From Octopus sinensis (Eukaryota): a stretch of 64,000 bases of DNA. The position numbers were made by a program, and so were the translations under genes. Shown one piece after another: positions 1-10,932 of the stretch. The stretch is from NCBI RefSeq assembly GCF_006345805.1, contig NC_043000.1, positions 88,040,001 to 88,104,000 of the forward strand. The letters are read 5' to 3'. Below the pieces are notes generated by a model. That model was not told the DNA's origin and made no database searches. It was given only the letters and a program-made list of their open reading frames with translations. Position 1 is the stretch's first letter. Each line of letters starts with the position of its first letter.

Positions 1-479
1 ATATACAAATTTATAAAGGATTTTATAATAAGAGATTCACAAATTTACAATGTTAAAGAAATGAAAATAACCGCTCATCACGGTTGTAAAATAACAACAC
101 CATTCTTGTAAAGTTTATCAAGTTGTTCAATCTAATTTCTCTGGAAAAAAATACAAATCTTTTATTTTTTATAAACAAAAAATTCAAGGAATATAAAAGT
201 TCATGAGGAATATATTCAAACAAACTGAGAAAATCTTTTGGGAAAATGCACAATTCTACTACTTCTAGTCTTTTTTTTTTCGCTGGTTGGGGATTTCAAA
301 ATTGCCTTCTGGATCTTTTTCTCAACTTTAAGTTCACTGTTTTGTGAATTGTTCTGTTTCAAGTTATTTTGAAATGTGTTGCTCAAATCTTTGTTATTTT
401 CATGGTATGAAGACTGATCGAAATAAACTTTTTTAACACTGTCTAAAATGTCAGTTTCCTTTTTACCGTGTATATCAAA

Positions 480-3340
480 GTCATAGTTTTATCTTTAATT
501 AACTAAACTTTAAATGGTCCAATGTATTTATAATTCAGTGAATGATGACTGGTATTATTATGTGCAAATACATGAGTCCAAGAATTAATATCAGAAGGAA
601 CGAAACCTTTAATATTTTATAATTTACTTGTAAAAGAAGGAACACCAGAAAGAAATCTCTTGAGCAGGTTACATAATTGTTAATATCTTCATTAAAAGAA
701 TTGGTTTCTTCAAACATTTGACCAGGAAGAGTTACTGTTGTTCTGTACAAAAGTTCAGCAGGAGAATATTGTAAGCTTTCTTTAACAGCACTCCCGATTC
801 CTAACAATGTCACTGGTAAAACTTCTAACCAACTGTCAGAATCAGAGTTAGTTCTTAATGAAGATTTCAAATGCATATGAAACCTTTCTATCATGCCATT
901 AGATTGTGGATGATACGAAGTTGTACGAAATCTTTGAATACCCAACAATTTATTGAATTCTGCGAAAAGAATAGATTCAAATTTTCTTCCACGATCTGCC
1001 GTCAATATGTTGGGTATGTTGAATCTAGACATCCAATTGGTAAATAAAGTTCTTGATATAGTTACTTCTGATATGTCTTTGATTGGATAAGCTTCTGGCC
1101 ATCGCGAAAAAGGATCTATGCATGTTAACAAATAAATATTACCTTCCACTGGAGGTAATGGTCCAAATATGTCAGTATTAATGTGTTGGAATCTGGCATG
1201 AGGATTTGCAAAAGTACCTAATGGTGCTTTAATGTGAAAATTTACTTTTGCTTTGTGGCACGGCATACACGATTGAACCCAAGAACGAATATCTTTATTC
1301 ATACCAGGCCAAACAAAACGACTCGGTATTAATTTTAATGAAGCTCCAATACCAGAGTGAGATGATTTATGTAAGGTAGAAAAATAACTATTCTATGTCT
1401 TTCAGGCACAAATGGTCTAGAAAAACCAGTAGAAATATCACACCAAATATATGATTTACAAGAATGAATCGGCAATAATTTAAATTTCAAAGAAGTAGAA
1501 CTGGAATCTTTATACAAAGAAAATTATTTATCAGTAGTTTGATCTTTAGACATTTCTTCTGAATTGATAGTACTTAATGAACGTAATGCATCAACATTCA
1601 TTCGAGAAAGTGCATCAACTGCAGAATTGTCAACACCCTTGAAATACTGTATATCCACTGTAGACTGTAATATATAATCAAGGTGTCTAATTTCTCCGGG
1701 AGAATATTTTTCAGAAGAATTTTTTAGTGCACGTGTCAATGGATTATGGTCAGTAAATAATGTAAATGACCTACCTTCAAGATGTCTGAAGTATTTAATT
1801 GACAAGTAAGCTGCCAACAATTCTCTGCCGAAAACTCTGTATTTCGTTTTTAGTGTCTTAAAAGTTTTTGAAAAGAAAGATAATGGTTGCCAAGAACCAC
1901 AATGAAAGTGATGTAAAACTCCACCGGTTCCAAGATCGGAAGCATCAACTACCAACGATAATTTTGCTTCAGGAACCGGATGGTTTAAGAGTGTTGTTTC
2001 ACACAGTTTTTCTTTTATGCTTTAAAGTTATGGATTCATTTTTATTTTTCCTATTCTTTAATAATTCAGTCAAAGTAAATAGACTTTCTGTACAATGTGG
2101 AATAAAACGACTGTAGAAATGAATTAATCCTAAATATTCCCGGAACTTTCTTAAAGAATTTGGTATTGGAAATTTATTAATAGCTTCAACTTTTCCTGGC
2201 AGTGGACGAATTCCATCTTTATCAATGAGATGACCTAAAAAAGATATAGTCCGTTCACCGAAAACACACTTTGATGGATTTATTACTATACTGTATTTAG
2301 TTAGTCTATCGAAAATTTGTTTCAAGTGATTTTCATGAACTTCTGACGGACTAACAATAAAAAAATCGTCTATATAAGCAAATGCAAAAGGTAAATCTCT
2401 TGTTACTTCATCGATGAACCTCTGGAAAGTATTTGCTGTGTTCTTCAATCCAAAAGGCATACGAAGGAATTCATATAACCCAAATGGAGGTGTGATAGCT
2501 GTCTTTGGTATATCTTTTTCTTCAACAGGAATTTGGTTGTATGCTCTAACTAAATCTATCTTCGAAAAGATATTGCAACCACTCAACGAAGCAGCAAAAT
2601 CATAAATGTTGGGGTTTGGATATTTATCTGGTTGTGTCTTCGTATTAAGTCGTCTAAAATCCCCGCATGGACGCCAGTCTGTGAGACTTTTTTTTTTTTT
2701 ACCAAAACTAAAGTTGTTGACCAGTTACTGCAAGAAGGACGAAATATTCCGAGGTCTAAAATATAACGAAATTCGGCTTTAGCAATTTTTTATTTCTCTG
2801 AAGATAACCTTTGAGGTTTGGAAAAACTTGGTGGTCCATGGGTTATAATGTGATGAGTGACTGAATGAACTCATTTGGTGTCTAGAGCTATCGGTTTTGT
2901 AATTTCAGGGTAATTCTACAAAATCCTGTGATAGCGATTTTCGGAGGACGCCATAACATATAACGGACTAATTGTTTCATTCCTGCATCTCATGCCTTGA
3001 ATGTCCAATGAAGTTACTGTGTCAATTAATTTTTGTTTCTTAACACCTACCATTAAATTGTAATGGGAAAGAAAATCTGCCCCCAATATCGGATAAGGCA
3101 AATCTGCTACAATGAAAATGCATTTATATTCTCTCCTTAAATGCAAATCGAGAATTAAATTAATTTCTCCAAATGTTTGGATGTCAGACTAATTAATTGC
3201 TCGTAGAGTCAAATAAGCAGGCTTAGGTTTCTTTTTCAAAAGTTGAGCAGGCCAAATGGAACAAGTCGCTCCTGTATCCACTAAGAATCTTTGTTTGGAG
3301 TTAGCGTCAAATATAAAGAATACGCGACATTTTATGCAGT
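480..3340 (-). pseudogene. pol: Gypsy pol (protease, RT, RNase H, integrase), multiply disrupted
   Basis: Motifs: FLVDTGATCS; PILGADFL; FSKIDLVRAYNQIP...MPFGLKN...AYIDD; VDASD..GGVL...ELLAAYLSIKYFRH..TDHNPL; SH..G...WPGMNKDIRSWVQSCMPC; TDIFGPLP / TADRG / SNGMIERFH; YIGPFKV near 500. Confidence 0.95.
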
Positions 3341-3415
3341 TGTCCACATATTTTGTCGCGTCTAATCTGTGGCTGAAAAGTTTCCCGACCATTTTTGGTC
3401 AGAAAATCAAACGAG

Positions 3416-4142
3416 CATGGCTTAATACAAGTAAGATTTGTCACCGAACTTTGAATGGTACCAGCATATAGCGTTTCTTTGGGACGTTTTTGATCTTCTA
3501 CATCTCGCATTATTTCTATAATAAAAGCGTTTATCTCTTCGTATCTGAAGAAGACTTTCGAGCTTGTCTTCATAATTTAAATAGTTTCTTGTAAGTTTCT
3601 TTCATCATCTGTAATTCTGAAGAAATAGATGGCAAAGCATTTACAGACTCTCTAGATGATAATTCCAATTGTTTGAGAGAATTTTGCTCTTTCACCGCTG
3701 ACTGTAGTGTTTGAGCACTATGAGGTAACTTGCCAAAGAAAACTTTATTTAAATTCGTATAAGATTCTTCTATCTGTTGATTTCGGAGAAGTTCTTTCGT
3801 TCTACGAAGAAGTTGAGTAGGTTTTCTGTCACCTAGTTGTTCGTTATTGAACAGTTTAGCAAATTCTTTTTGCTTTGAATTGGAAGTCCTCTTTAGTATC
3901 TCTTCCTTTACGAAAGAATATGAAAATGGCTCAGTAGGATCTACTAATAAGTCCCTAGTTTCATTACTCAGAGGTGGTGGTAAGTTACTTAACATTATGT
4001 TATACTTTTGTGCCTCTGTTGTTATTCTGTTTGCTGCAAAACTTGCTTCTAATTGAGCAAACCAGATAAGGGTATATCCCGTCCAAGTAGGAGGTAAAAC
4101 TGTCATAGAAGCTTGCATATATCCTATATCAATATAAGACAT
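3416..4142 (-). pseudogene. gag: Gypsy gag (frameshifted) with C-terminal CHCC-type motif
   Basis: ORF 3570-4142 reads PPTWTGYTLIWFAQLEASF...LGDRKPTQLLR. Downstream, ICWYHSKFGDK..CIKPC is split by a frameshift (~3416-3470). Confidence 0.85.
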
Positions 4143-4445
4143 TTAAAACTCTTTAATATCTTCTTCCATTCAAATATATTATAATTTTCAAAAAGAAAAT
4201 CTTGCTCTTAGTGAAATAATGCTTTCAAAAGCTAAGAAATATAATTTTAATTTGCTAGAAAGTGCAGTTAAACTTCTTATAAACTATTATTGTTCTTCAG
4301 CGTTCTTTTAACCTTCAACTTTTAATTTCAAATATTTCTGTTAATAAAATTTTGTGTAATGAAAGTGTCATCTATTTTCTATTGCAAATTTTATATATTT
4401 TTCACAAGTGTTAATACTTTTTATGATGTAGTGGTTTATCTACTT

Positions 4446-4466
4446 GATCACGTTGGGAGGTCACCA
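4446..4466 (-). other. Primer-binding site complementary to the tRNA-Trp 3' end
   Basis: Minus strand reads TGGTGACCTCCCAACGTGATC, close to the tRNA-Trp PBS TGGTGACCCCGACGTGAT. It lies between the LTR and gag. Confidence 0.8.
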
Positions 4467-4471
4467 CTTTT

Positions 4472-4705
4472 TATAGCCAGTTTGGTTACTGTTTGTGTAA
4501 AACACTACTTTTATATGTTTCCTATTTGGAAATAGATAATAAATATATTTTTACTTTTGAAGTAGGAATATATATTGATAAACACGTCACTTATAGCTTA
4601 TTTATAAGTGTTATCATTATACATAAATCCTGACTCCAACTACATAAATGCCATAGCGAGAAATATATACTCTAAAACACTAACGGATATTTTATGCGTG
4701 CTACA
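4472..4705 (-). repeat. Putative 5' LTR (~234 bp)
   Basis: Begins TGTAGC (4705) and ends GCTATA (4472; one change from GCTACA), giving a 6-bp terminal inverted repeat. It ends 5 nt before the PBS. No second copy is present in the window to confirm it. Confidence 0.6.
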
Positions 4706-4783
4706 CCTCTCATTAATTTTTTCACTATTTGGGGCTGTAAAGTTAATTATCTGGCACTTTCTATTCTTTTTATCAACTACTAC

Positions 4784-4788
4784 TACTA

Positions 4789-4847
<59 letters not shown>

Positions 4848-4848
4848 C
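4784..4848. repeat. (TAC)n / (GTA)n microsatellite
   Basis: Perfect trinucleotide run. Confidence 0.95.
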
Positions 4849-5325
4849 AAATCAGACCTAGTTTCTATTACTCTGTCAGTCTGAATGTTGAAGTCCCACA
4901 ACATCATGTATTTCTTACATTTTAGTACTTTCTAGGTTCATGTTCATACCATTTACCAGCATGTTCAAATCCTAGCTTTTTACATAGCTCTCAGTGGATT
5001 ACTCTCCCTAGATTGTCATGTCTTTACTTGTATTCTTTCTGTGCCAGCATGCTACATACACTTACTATATGAGCAATGCTTTCCTCTTTTGCTTTGCATA
5101 AACTATACTGGGAATCTACCTGGTTTTTGTCTATCTTGGTTTTAATTCTATTACTCCTTAATGCTTGATCTAGTGCAGCTACTAACAAACTTTCTGTCTC
5201 CCTCTTCAGCTTTCATTTCTGCAAGCATAACCATGTCTCACTACTATTATTTACTGAAACTCTCTTTGGGAATCTACCATGCAACGCCCTCTCCTGCCAA
5301 TCAGAAAATTTCTGTTCTTTTTTCT
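4849..5325 (-). mobile_element. R4/Dong-like RLE non-LTR retrotransposon fragment (zinc knuckle to start of RLE)
   Basis: Minus translation with stops: KLKRETESLLVAALDQAL...LCKAKEESIAHIVSVCSMLAQKEYK*RHDNLGRVIH*ELCKKLG...ETRSDLVVV. Homologous to 51276-51785. Confidence 0.85.
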
Positions 5326-5329
5326 GGTT

Positions 5330-5346
5330 AATTATTATTATTATTA

Positions 5347-5405
<59 letters not shown>
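5330..5405. repeat. (ATT)n array; a second part lies at ~5574-5621
   Basis: Two ATT/TAA runs separated by a SINE 3' half. Confidence 0.95.
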
Positions 5406-5407
<2 letters not shown>

Positions 5408-5572
5408 TCTTTTACTCTTTTACTTGTTTCAGTCATTTGACTGCGGCCATGCTGGAGCACCACCTTTAATCGAGCAACTCGACCCCGGGACTTATTCTTT
5501 TGTAAGCCCAGTACTTATTCTATCCGTCTCTTTTGCCGAACCGCTAAGTAACGGGGACATAAACACACCAGC
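5406..5572 (-). mobile_element. tRNA-derived SINE family A, 3' half
   Basis: Near-identical to 32970-33140 and 34025-34200, with the (AAAAGAGT)n tail on the minus strand. Confidence 0.9.
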
Positions 5573-5573
5573 A

Positions 5574-5621
<48 letters not shown>

Positions 5622-5622
<1 letters not shown>

Positions 5623-5915
5623 GCCTTTGCACAGCTTCTAACGCTGGAGATGTACTACAGTGTCAGCTATTCACTACCAGTGAACTAAGGTAACACCTCT
5701 TATTTTTCGAGTACCTTCCGGAGTATTCGAGCGGTTCCAAGCAGTGCTGCCTTCTGCAAGTGCTCCACCCTTATTGCAGCCCCTATTTGTTCCATGTATT
5801 TCTCAAAATTTTTACTCACTGTTCCCAGGGCTCCGACAATTATTGGTATCACTACCACCTTTTTCATCGACAAAGTCTGCTTTACCTCCCAAGGTAACCT
5901 GTCATACCTAGCAGC
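5622..5915 (-). mobile_element. R4/Dong-like element 3' end with 3'UTR running into (TAA)n
   Basis: KAARYDRLPWEVKQTLSMKKVVVIPIIVGALG...LQKAALLGTARILRKVLEK* matches IPIIVGALG...QKIALLGTAHILRRTL at 50972-51211. Confidence 0.85.
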
Positions 5916-6722
5916 TTTTCCCAACAAATAGAATACATCCATAACACCAGGCTCAAGCAATACATGTCTCAAATCGCATCTCAAACACGCACTAACCCTC
6001 ACAATCGCAACCAACCACACACACTCATCGATGGAACCCTGGAAGGTCTTACACCTAGGCAACTTAGACCGCACACATATTCATTTAACACTAGGTCAAA
6101 AACGAAAACACCTAAAACAGCTAACAACAATAGGCCTCGCCACTCACATACCAGTGTACGTACACTTTGATCTCATAAAAGGTATATGGAAAAAGTCAAG
6201 GTAGAAAATGCTAAAATAATTTTATAAAAACAATTCAGTACCGGTTTCAGTCATTGAGACTTTTTCAACTGTAAGTATGTAAAACAATTAAATTTTGGAA
6301 AAATTAAACGAAAAGTACTTTAAACTAATATTTGCATAGAATTCAAATACAAGGGGCATTTTCTTGTTTCTCTTGTTTACTCTTGTGGGTAAAATATATA
6401 TATTTTTTTGTATTTGTATTTTTATTTGTATTACTTTTAAGTCCTGTTCTTGTCACATTTTTTTCTTTCCTTGTTTTTACCCCTCTGCAAAGAAATTTTA
6501 TTTAATTCTTTTGCCGGAAGGACTGGTTCGACGGTCCTGTTATGTCCTTACCTTCGAAACACGCATTGAGTCGAACCAGGGACAGCTGATGAAGGGGAAT
6601 ATTCCTTGTATTGTTTGTCTTGTACTCTGTTTTTTCGTTGTTAAAAAAAGTCCGTTTCCATGTTTGTTTTTATGTTTTCGTTTCTCGTTGAGTTCTACGT
6701 CTATTTGTGGTGTCCTGTACTC

Positions 6723-6865
6723 ATATATATATATATATATTATATATATATATATATAATATATATATATATGCATATATATATACATGTAGATGTAGGT
6801 ACGTACATATATGCATGTATGTATGTATGCATATATTTTATTTATTAAATTTTTTATATATATAT

Positions 6866-6948
<83 letters not shown>

Positions 6949-7409
6949 GTATATACATACATGTATATATATGTCAGCCGAAATTGCGAGGATGATCCAG
7001 TTCTTGACTGAAGATAAAAGGCTACGAATGACCCGTCCTTGTTTTTTTTAATCGTCTGGATGTTTTGTTGTCCCTTTTTGTATCACCTGGTTGTCCGGAT
7101 GTTTTACGTTCTTGCCCCATTTTGTATTTTGTCTCGTGTATAGCTCTGCGATCTATATTTTGCTATGACAGTCACACTGATGAATTATGGACATTTACTC
7201 TGTAATTATGTAAGTGGTAACAATGAAATCTGGTATGTGGCTAATCATTATATTGTGTATCTTTTCATTTGTCTTGCTCGTTTACATTCTGGCGTTTGCT
7301 GAATTTTATTGAGAACAATCTTTTCTTAGTGGTCAGACCATATGTTGTCTACATCTAGCATACTGGCTGTTCACTTGGTGGTCGTCTCTCTTATATGTAT
7401 GTAGCATAA

Positions 7410-7445
<36 letters not shown>

Positions 7446-7752
7446 AGGTTTAGAGATGATGTACACGTATTTTATATTATATACATATATATATATATGT
7501 ATATATATGTATATCTGTATATGTATATATATATATGTATATTAATAAAAGGAATTCCGACCTTGTCTGATTTTCACGTTTTATTTACAATCTTATAATG
7601 ATATATTATAAGATAATATAATATAATAGAATAAAATAAAATAGTAGAATGTTAAATGTTCATTCTGATTGAACTAGTACTTTCATGCATTAAATTCTGC
7701 AATCTTCAGGTTCATGTAGTAGTGGTAACAGTCAAGCTTCACAATTTTTGAC

Positions 7753-7838
<86 letters not shown>

Positions 7839-8094
7839 CTACATATGTATATATATGTATATATATATGTATATATAAATGTATATAAGTAAATGTATAT
7901 ATGTATATATATATATATGTATATATTTATGTATATAAATATGCATATATATATATATATATGTATATATATATTATATATATGTATATATATATGTATA
8001 TATATATGTATATATATATGTATATATATATGTATATATATATGTATATATATATATATTATATATATATGTATATATATATGTATATATATAG

Positions 8095-8172
<78 letters not shown>
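6723..8172. repeat. Compound (TA)n/(TATG)n/(CA)n microsatellite clusters (6723-6972, 7410-7540, 7755-8172)
   Basis: Directly visible. Similar arrays recur at 10800-10930, 16683-16770, 19560-19740 (GA), 31065-31205, 38450-38620, 39420-39715, 44650-44850, 46325-46550 and elsewhere. Confidence 0.95.
7670..7714 (-). ncRNA. Minimal type I hammerhead ribozyme motif (PLE-type)
   Basis: TGAAC-CTGAAGA-T-TGCA(GAATTTAA)TGCA-T-GAAA-GTAC-TA-GTTCA. Perfect 5-bp stem I, intact core, palindromic AGTACT stem III, CUA cleavage triplet. U-U at the stem II closing pair. Confidence 0.65.
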
Positions 8173-8175
<3 letters not shown>

Positions 8176-8235
8176 AATTAAGGACAATGCATACAATTAA
8201 CATAGTTTTAACATAATATTTAATATATTATATAA

Positions 8236-10271
8236 AGTCCCGCCTGAAAATAAAACTGTTGGAAATTGAAAAATGTCTGCAACTCTCCCATGAAAAGGAA
8301 AGACAAAGAAGTATGGGCTATAGACAACATAAAATCTAACCCCAGAGCTTTCAACAGGTATGCCAAAGAAACAGCTACGGTGCACTGTATGATAGGGGCA
8401 CCCCTTGAAAAGGATGGCACACTCACAGGAAAACCAATGAGGGTAAGTGAAATACTGAATGAGTAATTCAAGAGTGTTTTCACTCCACTCCTTGGGCATT
8501 TCCAAATCACCAATCCAACTGACTTCTTTACCACTGCAGATATAAAATCAGAGGCAGCGACGATAGATTACATCGATATAAAGGAAGACGATGTAATAAA
8601 GGCTATAGATGAAATGAAAACAGACTCAGCTACTGGCCCGATGGATTCCCGGCAATCCTTCTAAAAGTATGTAAGAGAGTCCTAGCAAGACCACTGCAGT
8701 TCCTCTTTCAGAGCTTCCTTGCAGCTGGCAAACTTCCAAGAAAACTGAAAGAAGGTAAAATATGCCCTATTCATAAAGGAGGTAGCAGAGCGGAGGTCAA
8801 GAACTACAGACCTATCTCTCTGACCTCACACATCAGCAAGGTCATGGAACGAATAGTCAGAAGGAAACTGATCACCTTCCTTGAAGAAAATGACTTGCTG
8901 CCTGACACCCAACATGGTTTCCGACCAGGAAGAAGCTGCTTAACTCAGCTCCTACAACACTATGACTGGGTACTGAAACGACTGCTCAACCACTCAAATG
9001 TCGAAGTGATATATCTCGACTTTGCAAAGGCCTTTGACAAAGTCGATCATGGAATGATATGTCACAAACTGCGTTATCTTAGCATAGTTGGAAAACTGGG
9101 AGAATGGCTTCATGACTTTCTGAAAGATAGAAGTCAGGTGGTAGTAGCCATTAACACGCAAATAGTGAGCGGTGTTCCGCAGGGCACTGTTTTGGGACCA
9201 CTACTGTTCATAATGGCCCTATCAGACATGCCCTCAGCCACGCAGAGAGCCACGATCACAAGTTATGCAGATGATACAAAAGTTTCACAGGCAATACAAA
9301 ACCCTGAGGACACTAAACGCCTGCAATGTGAGCTGGACAAAATATACAAGTGGGCTGAAAAGAATAGCATGCAGTTCAATGCTGAAAAGTTTCAAGCTTT
9401 ATGCTATCAGCATGCAAAACTAAATGCAATACCCAATGAATACACTGGACCCGGAGGAATTGCAATCCCAGAGGCACAATCAGTGCGTGACCTGGGTATT
9501 TACATGAGTGATGACGCAACCTTTCGTGTACATGTTGCTAAATTGGCAATGAAATGTAGACGACTGGTCGGATGGATTCTTAGAACCTTTAGAACAAGAG
9601 AACAAGAAACCATGATGGTCCTCTGGAGGACACTTGTCCTAAGCCACTTTGACTATTGCTCTAAGATATGGTCACCATCCAGTGTCAAGTTGATCACACA
9701 ACTTGAGGCGATCCAACGTAGCTACACGAAGAAGATAGCCTCTGTGCAGAATATAAGCTACTGCGAAAGACTCAAGAGATTAAAACTCTATTCCTTGGAG
9801 CGTAGGCGAGAGAGATATGCCATAATATACATCTGGAAGATCCTGGAAGGACTTGTCCCAAACTTTGGCATCGAGAGTTACATAAATGCCAGAACTGGGC
9901 GCCACTGCGTGGTGCCAAGGACTCCAAATTTGCCATCAAGATGTAGGACAAGATACTGTGATAGCCTGGGCTTCCGAGGCCCACAGCTCTTAAATATCCT
10001 CCCGAAGAACCTAAGAGACCTGCATGGGGTGGATGCAGATGTCTTTAAAATGAAACTGGATCTCTTCTTGTCAGGTATCCCAGATGAACCAACTTCACGG
10101 CAGGAGGTGCAGATGAGGGCAGCTGCATCGAACTCTCTCATGCACCAAATAGTAGTTGCTAAAAAGCATTCGTGAAGTAAAACCATGTAGCAACACCAAA
10201 TGGCGGTGCCCCAGCATGGCCACAGCTCGTGAGCTGAAACTAGAATCAATCAATCAATCAATCAATCAATC
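8236..10271 (+). mobile_element. 5'-truncated CR1-like LINE with (ATCA)n tail
   Basis: YRPISLTSHISKVMERIV, QHGFRPGRSCLTQLL, YLDFAKAFDKVDH, SGVPQGTVLGPLLF, YADD, LERRRERY. Followed by a 3' stem-loop and an ATCA repeat tail at ~10245-10271. Confidence 0.95.
8844..10175 (+). CDS. Reverse transcriptase and C-terminal domain of CR1-like ORF2 (443 aa open; upstream part frameshifted)
   Basis: ORF track plus non-LTR RT motifs. Confidence 0.85.
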   Translation: MERIVRRKLITFLEENDLLPDTQHGFRPGRSCLTQLLQHYDWVLKRLLNHSNVEVIYLDFAKAFDKVDHGMICHKLRYLSIVGKLGEWLHDFLKDRSQVVVAINTQIVSGVPQGTVLGPLLFIMALSDMPSATQRATITSYADDTKVSQAIQNPEDTKRLQCELDKIYKWAEKNSMQFNAEKFQALCYQHAKLNAIPNEYTGPGGIAIPEAQSVRDLGIYMSDDATFRVHVAKLAMKCRRLVGWILRTFRTREQETMMVLWRTLVLSHFDYCSKIWSPSSVKLITQLEAIQRSYTKKIASVQNISYCERLKRLKLYSLERRRERYAIIYIWKILEGLVPNFGIESYINARTGRHCVVPRTPNLPSRCRTRYCDSLGFRGPQLLNILPKNLRDLHGVDADVFKMKLDLFLSGIPDEPTSRQEVQMRAAASNSLMHQIVVAKKHS

Positions 10272-10713
10272 ATATCTTGTATTGTGTTTGTCGACTGGTT
10301 TTGCTTTCGATAATCATGACATTAAAATTTATTTAAATTCGTATTTTCTTAAGAAAAATTTTTGTCCATGATGTGTGTGGAGTTTATGAATGAGTCATTC
10401 AACAAGTAGAAAATCTAAGGGGAGGTAATTGATTATCGTTATTATTGTGGACAGGGGAAAGGATTGGTCATCATTCGGTGGAGGTTGGGTGAGAATATAT
10501 ATTTTCACAAAAATTCAATTATTTCCTCTGTTCACAATAATAACGATAATCAATTACCTTCCCTTAGATTTTTTTTACTTGTTGAATCATTCGTTCATAA
10601 ACTCCTCATACAACATGGACAAAACATTTTTCTTAAAAAGATACGTATTTAAATAAATTTGAATGTCATGATTAGCAAAATCGAAACCGGTCGACAAACA
10701 GTGTATAAGATAT
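10272..10713. mobile_element. Fold-back / MITE-like palindromic element
   Basis: Arms 10272-10460 and 10522-10713 are reverse complements (roughly 85% identical) with a ~60-nt spacer. TA dinucleotides lie at both ends. Confidence 0.75.
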
Positions 10714-10854
10714 ATTAAAAATTTTCCTTCTTTCATTTCTTATATATATTACAACTCACCACGTGGCGATAATCGAAATTTCCCCCTTTCTGTTACTATA
10801 TACATAATACATACATACATACATATATACATACATACATACATACATATATAC

Positions 10855-10932
<78 letters not shown>

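Larger units (their letters stand above)
1..4705 (-). mobile_element. Degenerate Ty3/Gypsy LTR retrotransposon (CsRn1-like clade); 3' LTR not seen in window
   Basis: The minus strand carries, in order, LTR, PBS, gag, aspartic protease (FLVDTGA), RT (YIDD), RNase H and integrase (HHCC + D,D,E + GPF), broken by frameshifts and stops. PR-RT-RH-IN order is diagnostic of Ty3/Gypsy. Confidence 0.95.

Noticed and set aside
6550-6610. GAAAC...GTC...CTGATGA arrangement suggesting a type II hammerhead
   Set aside because: Stems I and III cannot be paired convincingly. Only a 10-bp inverted repeat (CTGGTTCGAC/GTCGAACCAG) is real.
6540-8216. Long ORFs rich in YI/YM/LS/HT repeats, here and throughout the window
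   Set aside because: These are translations of (TA)n, (TATG)n, (TC)n and (CA)n microsatellites, which contain no stops. They are not genes.
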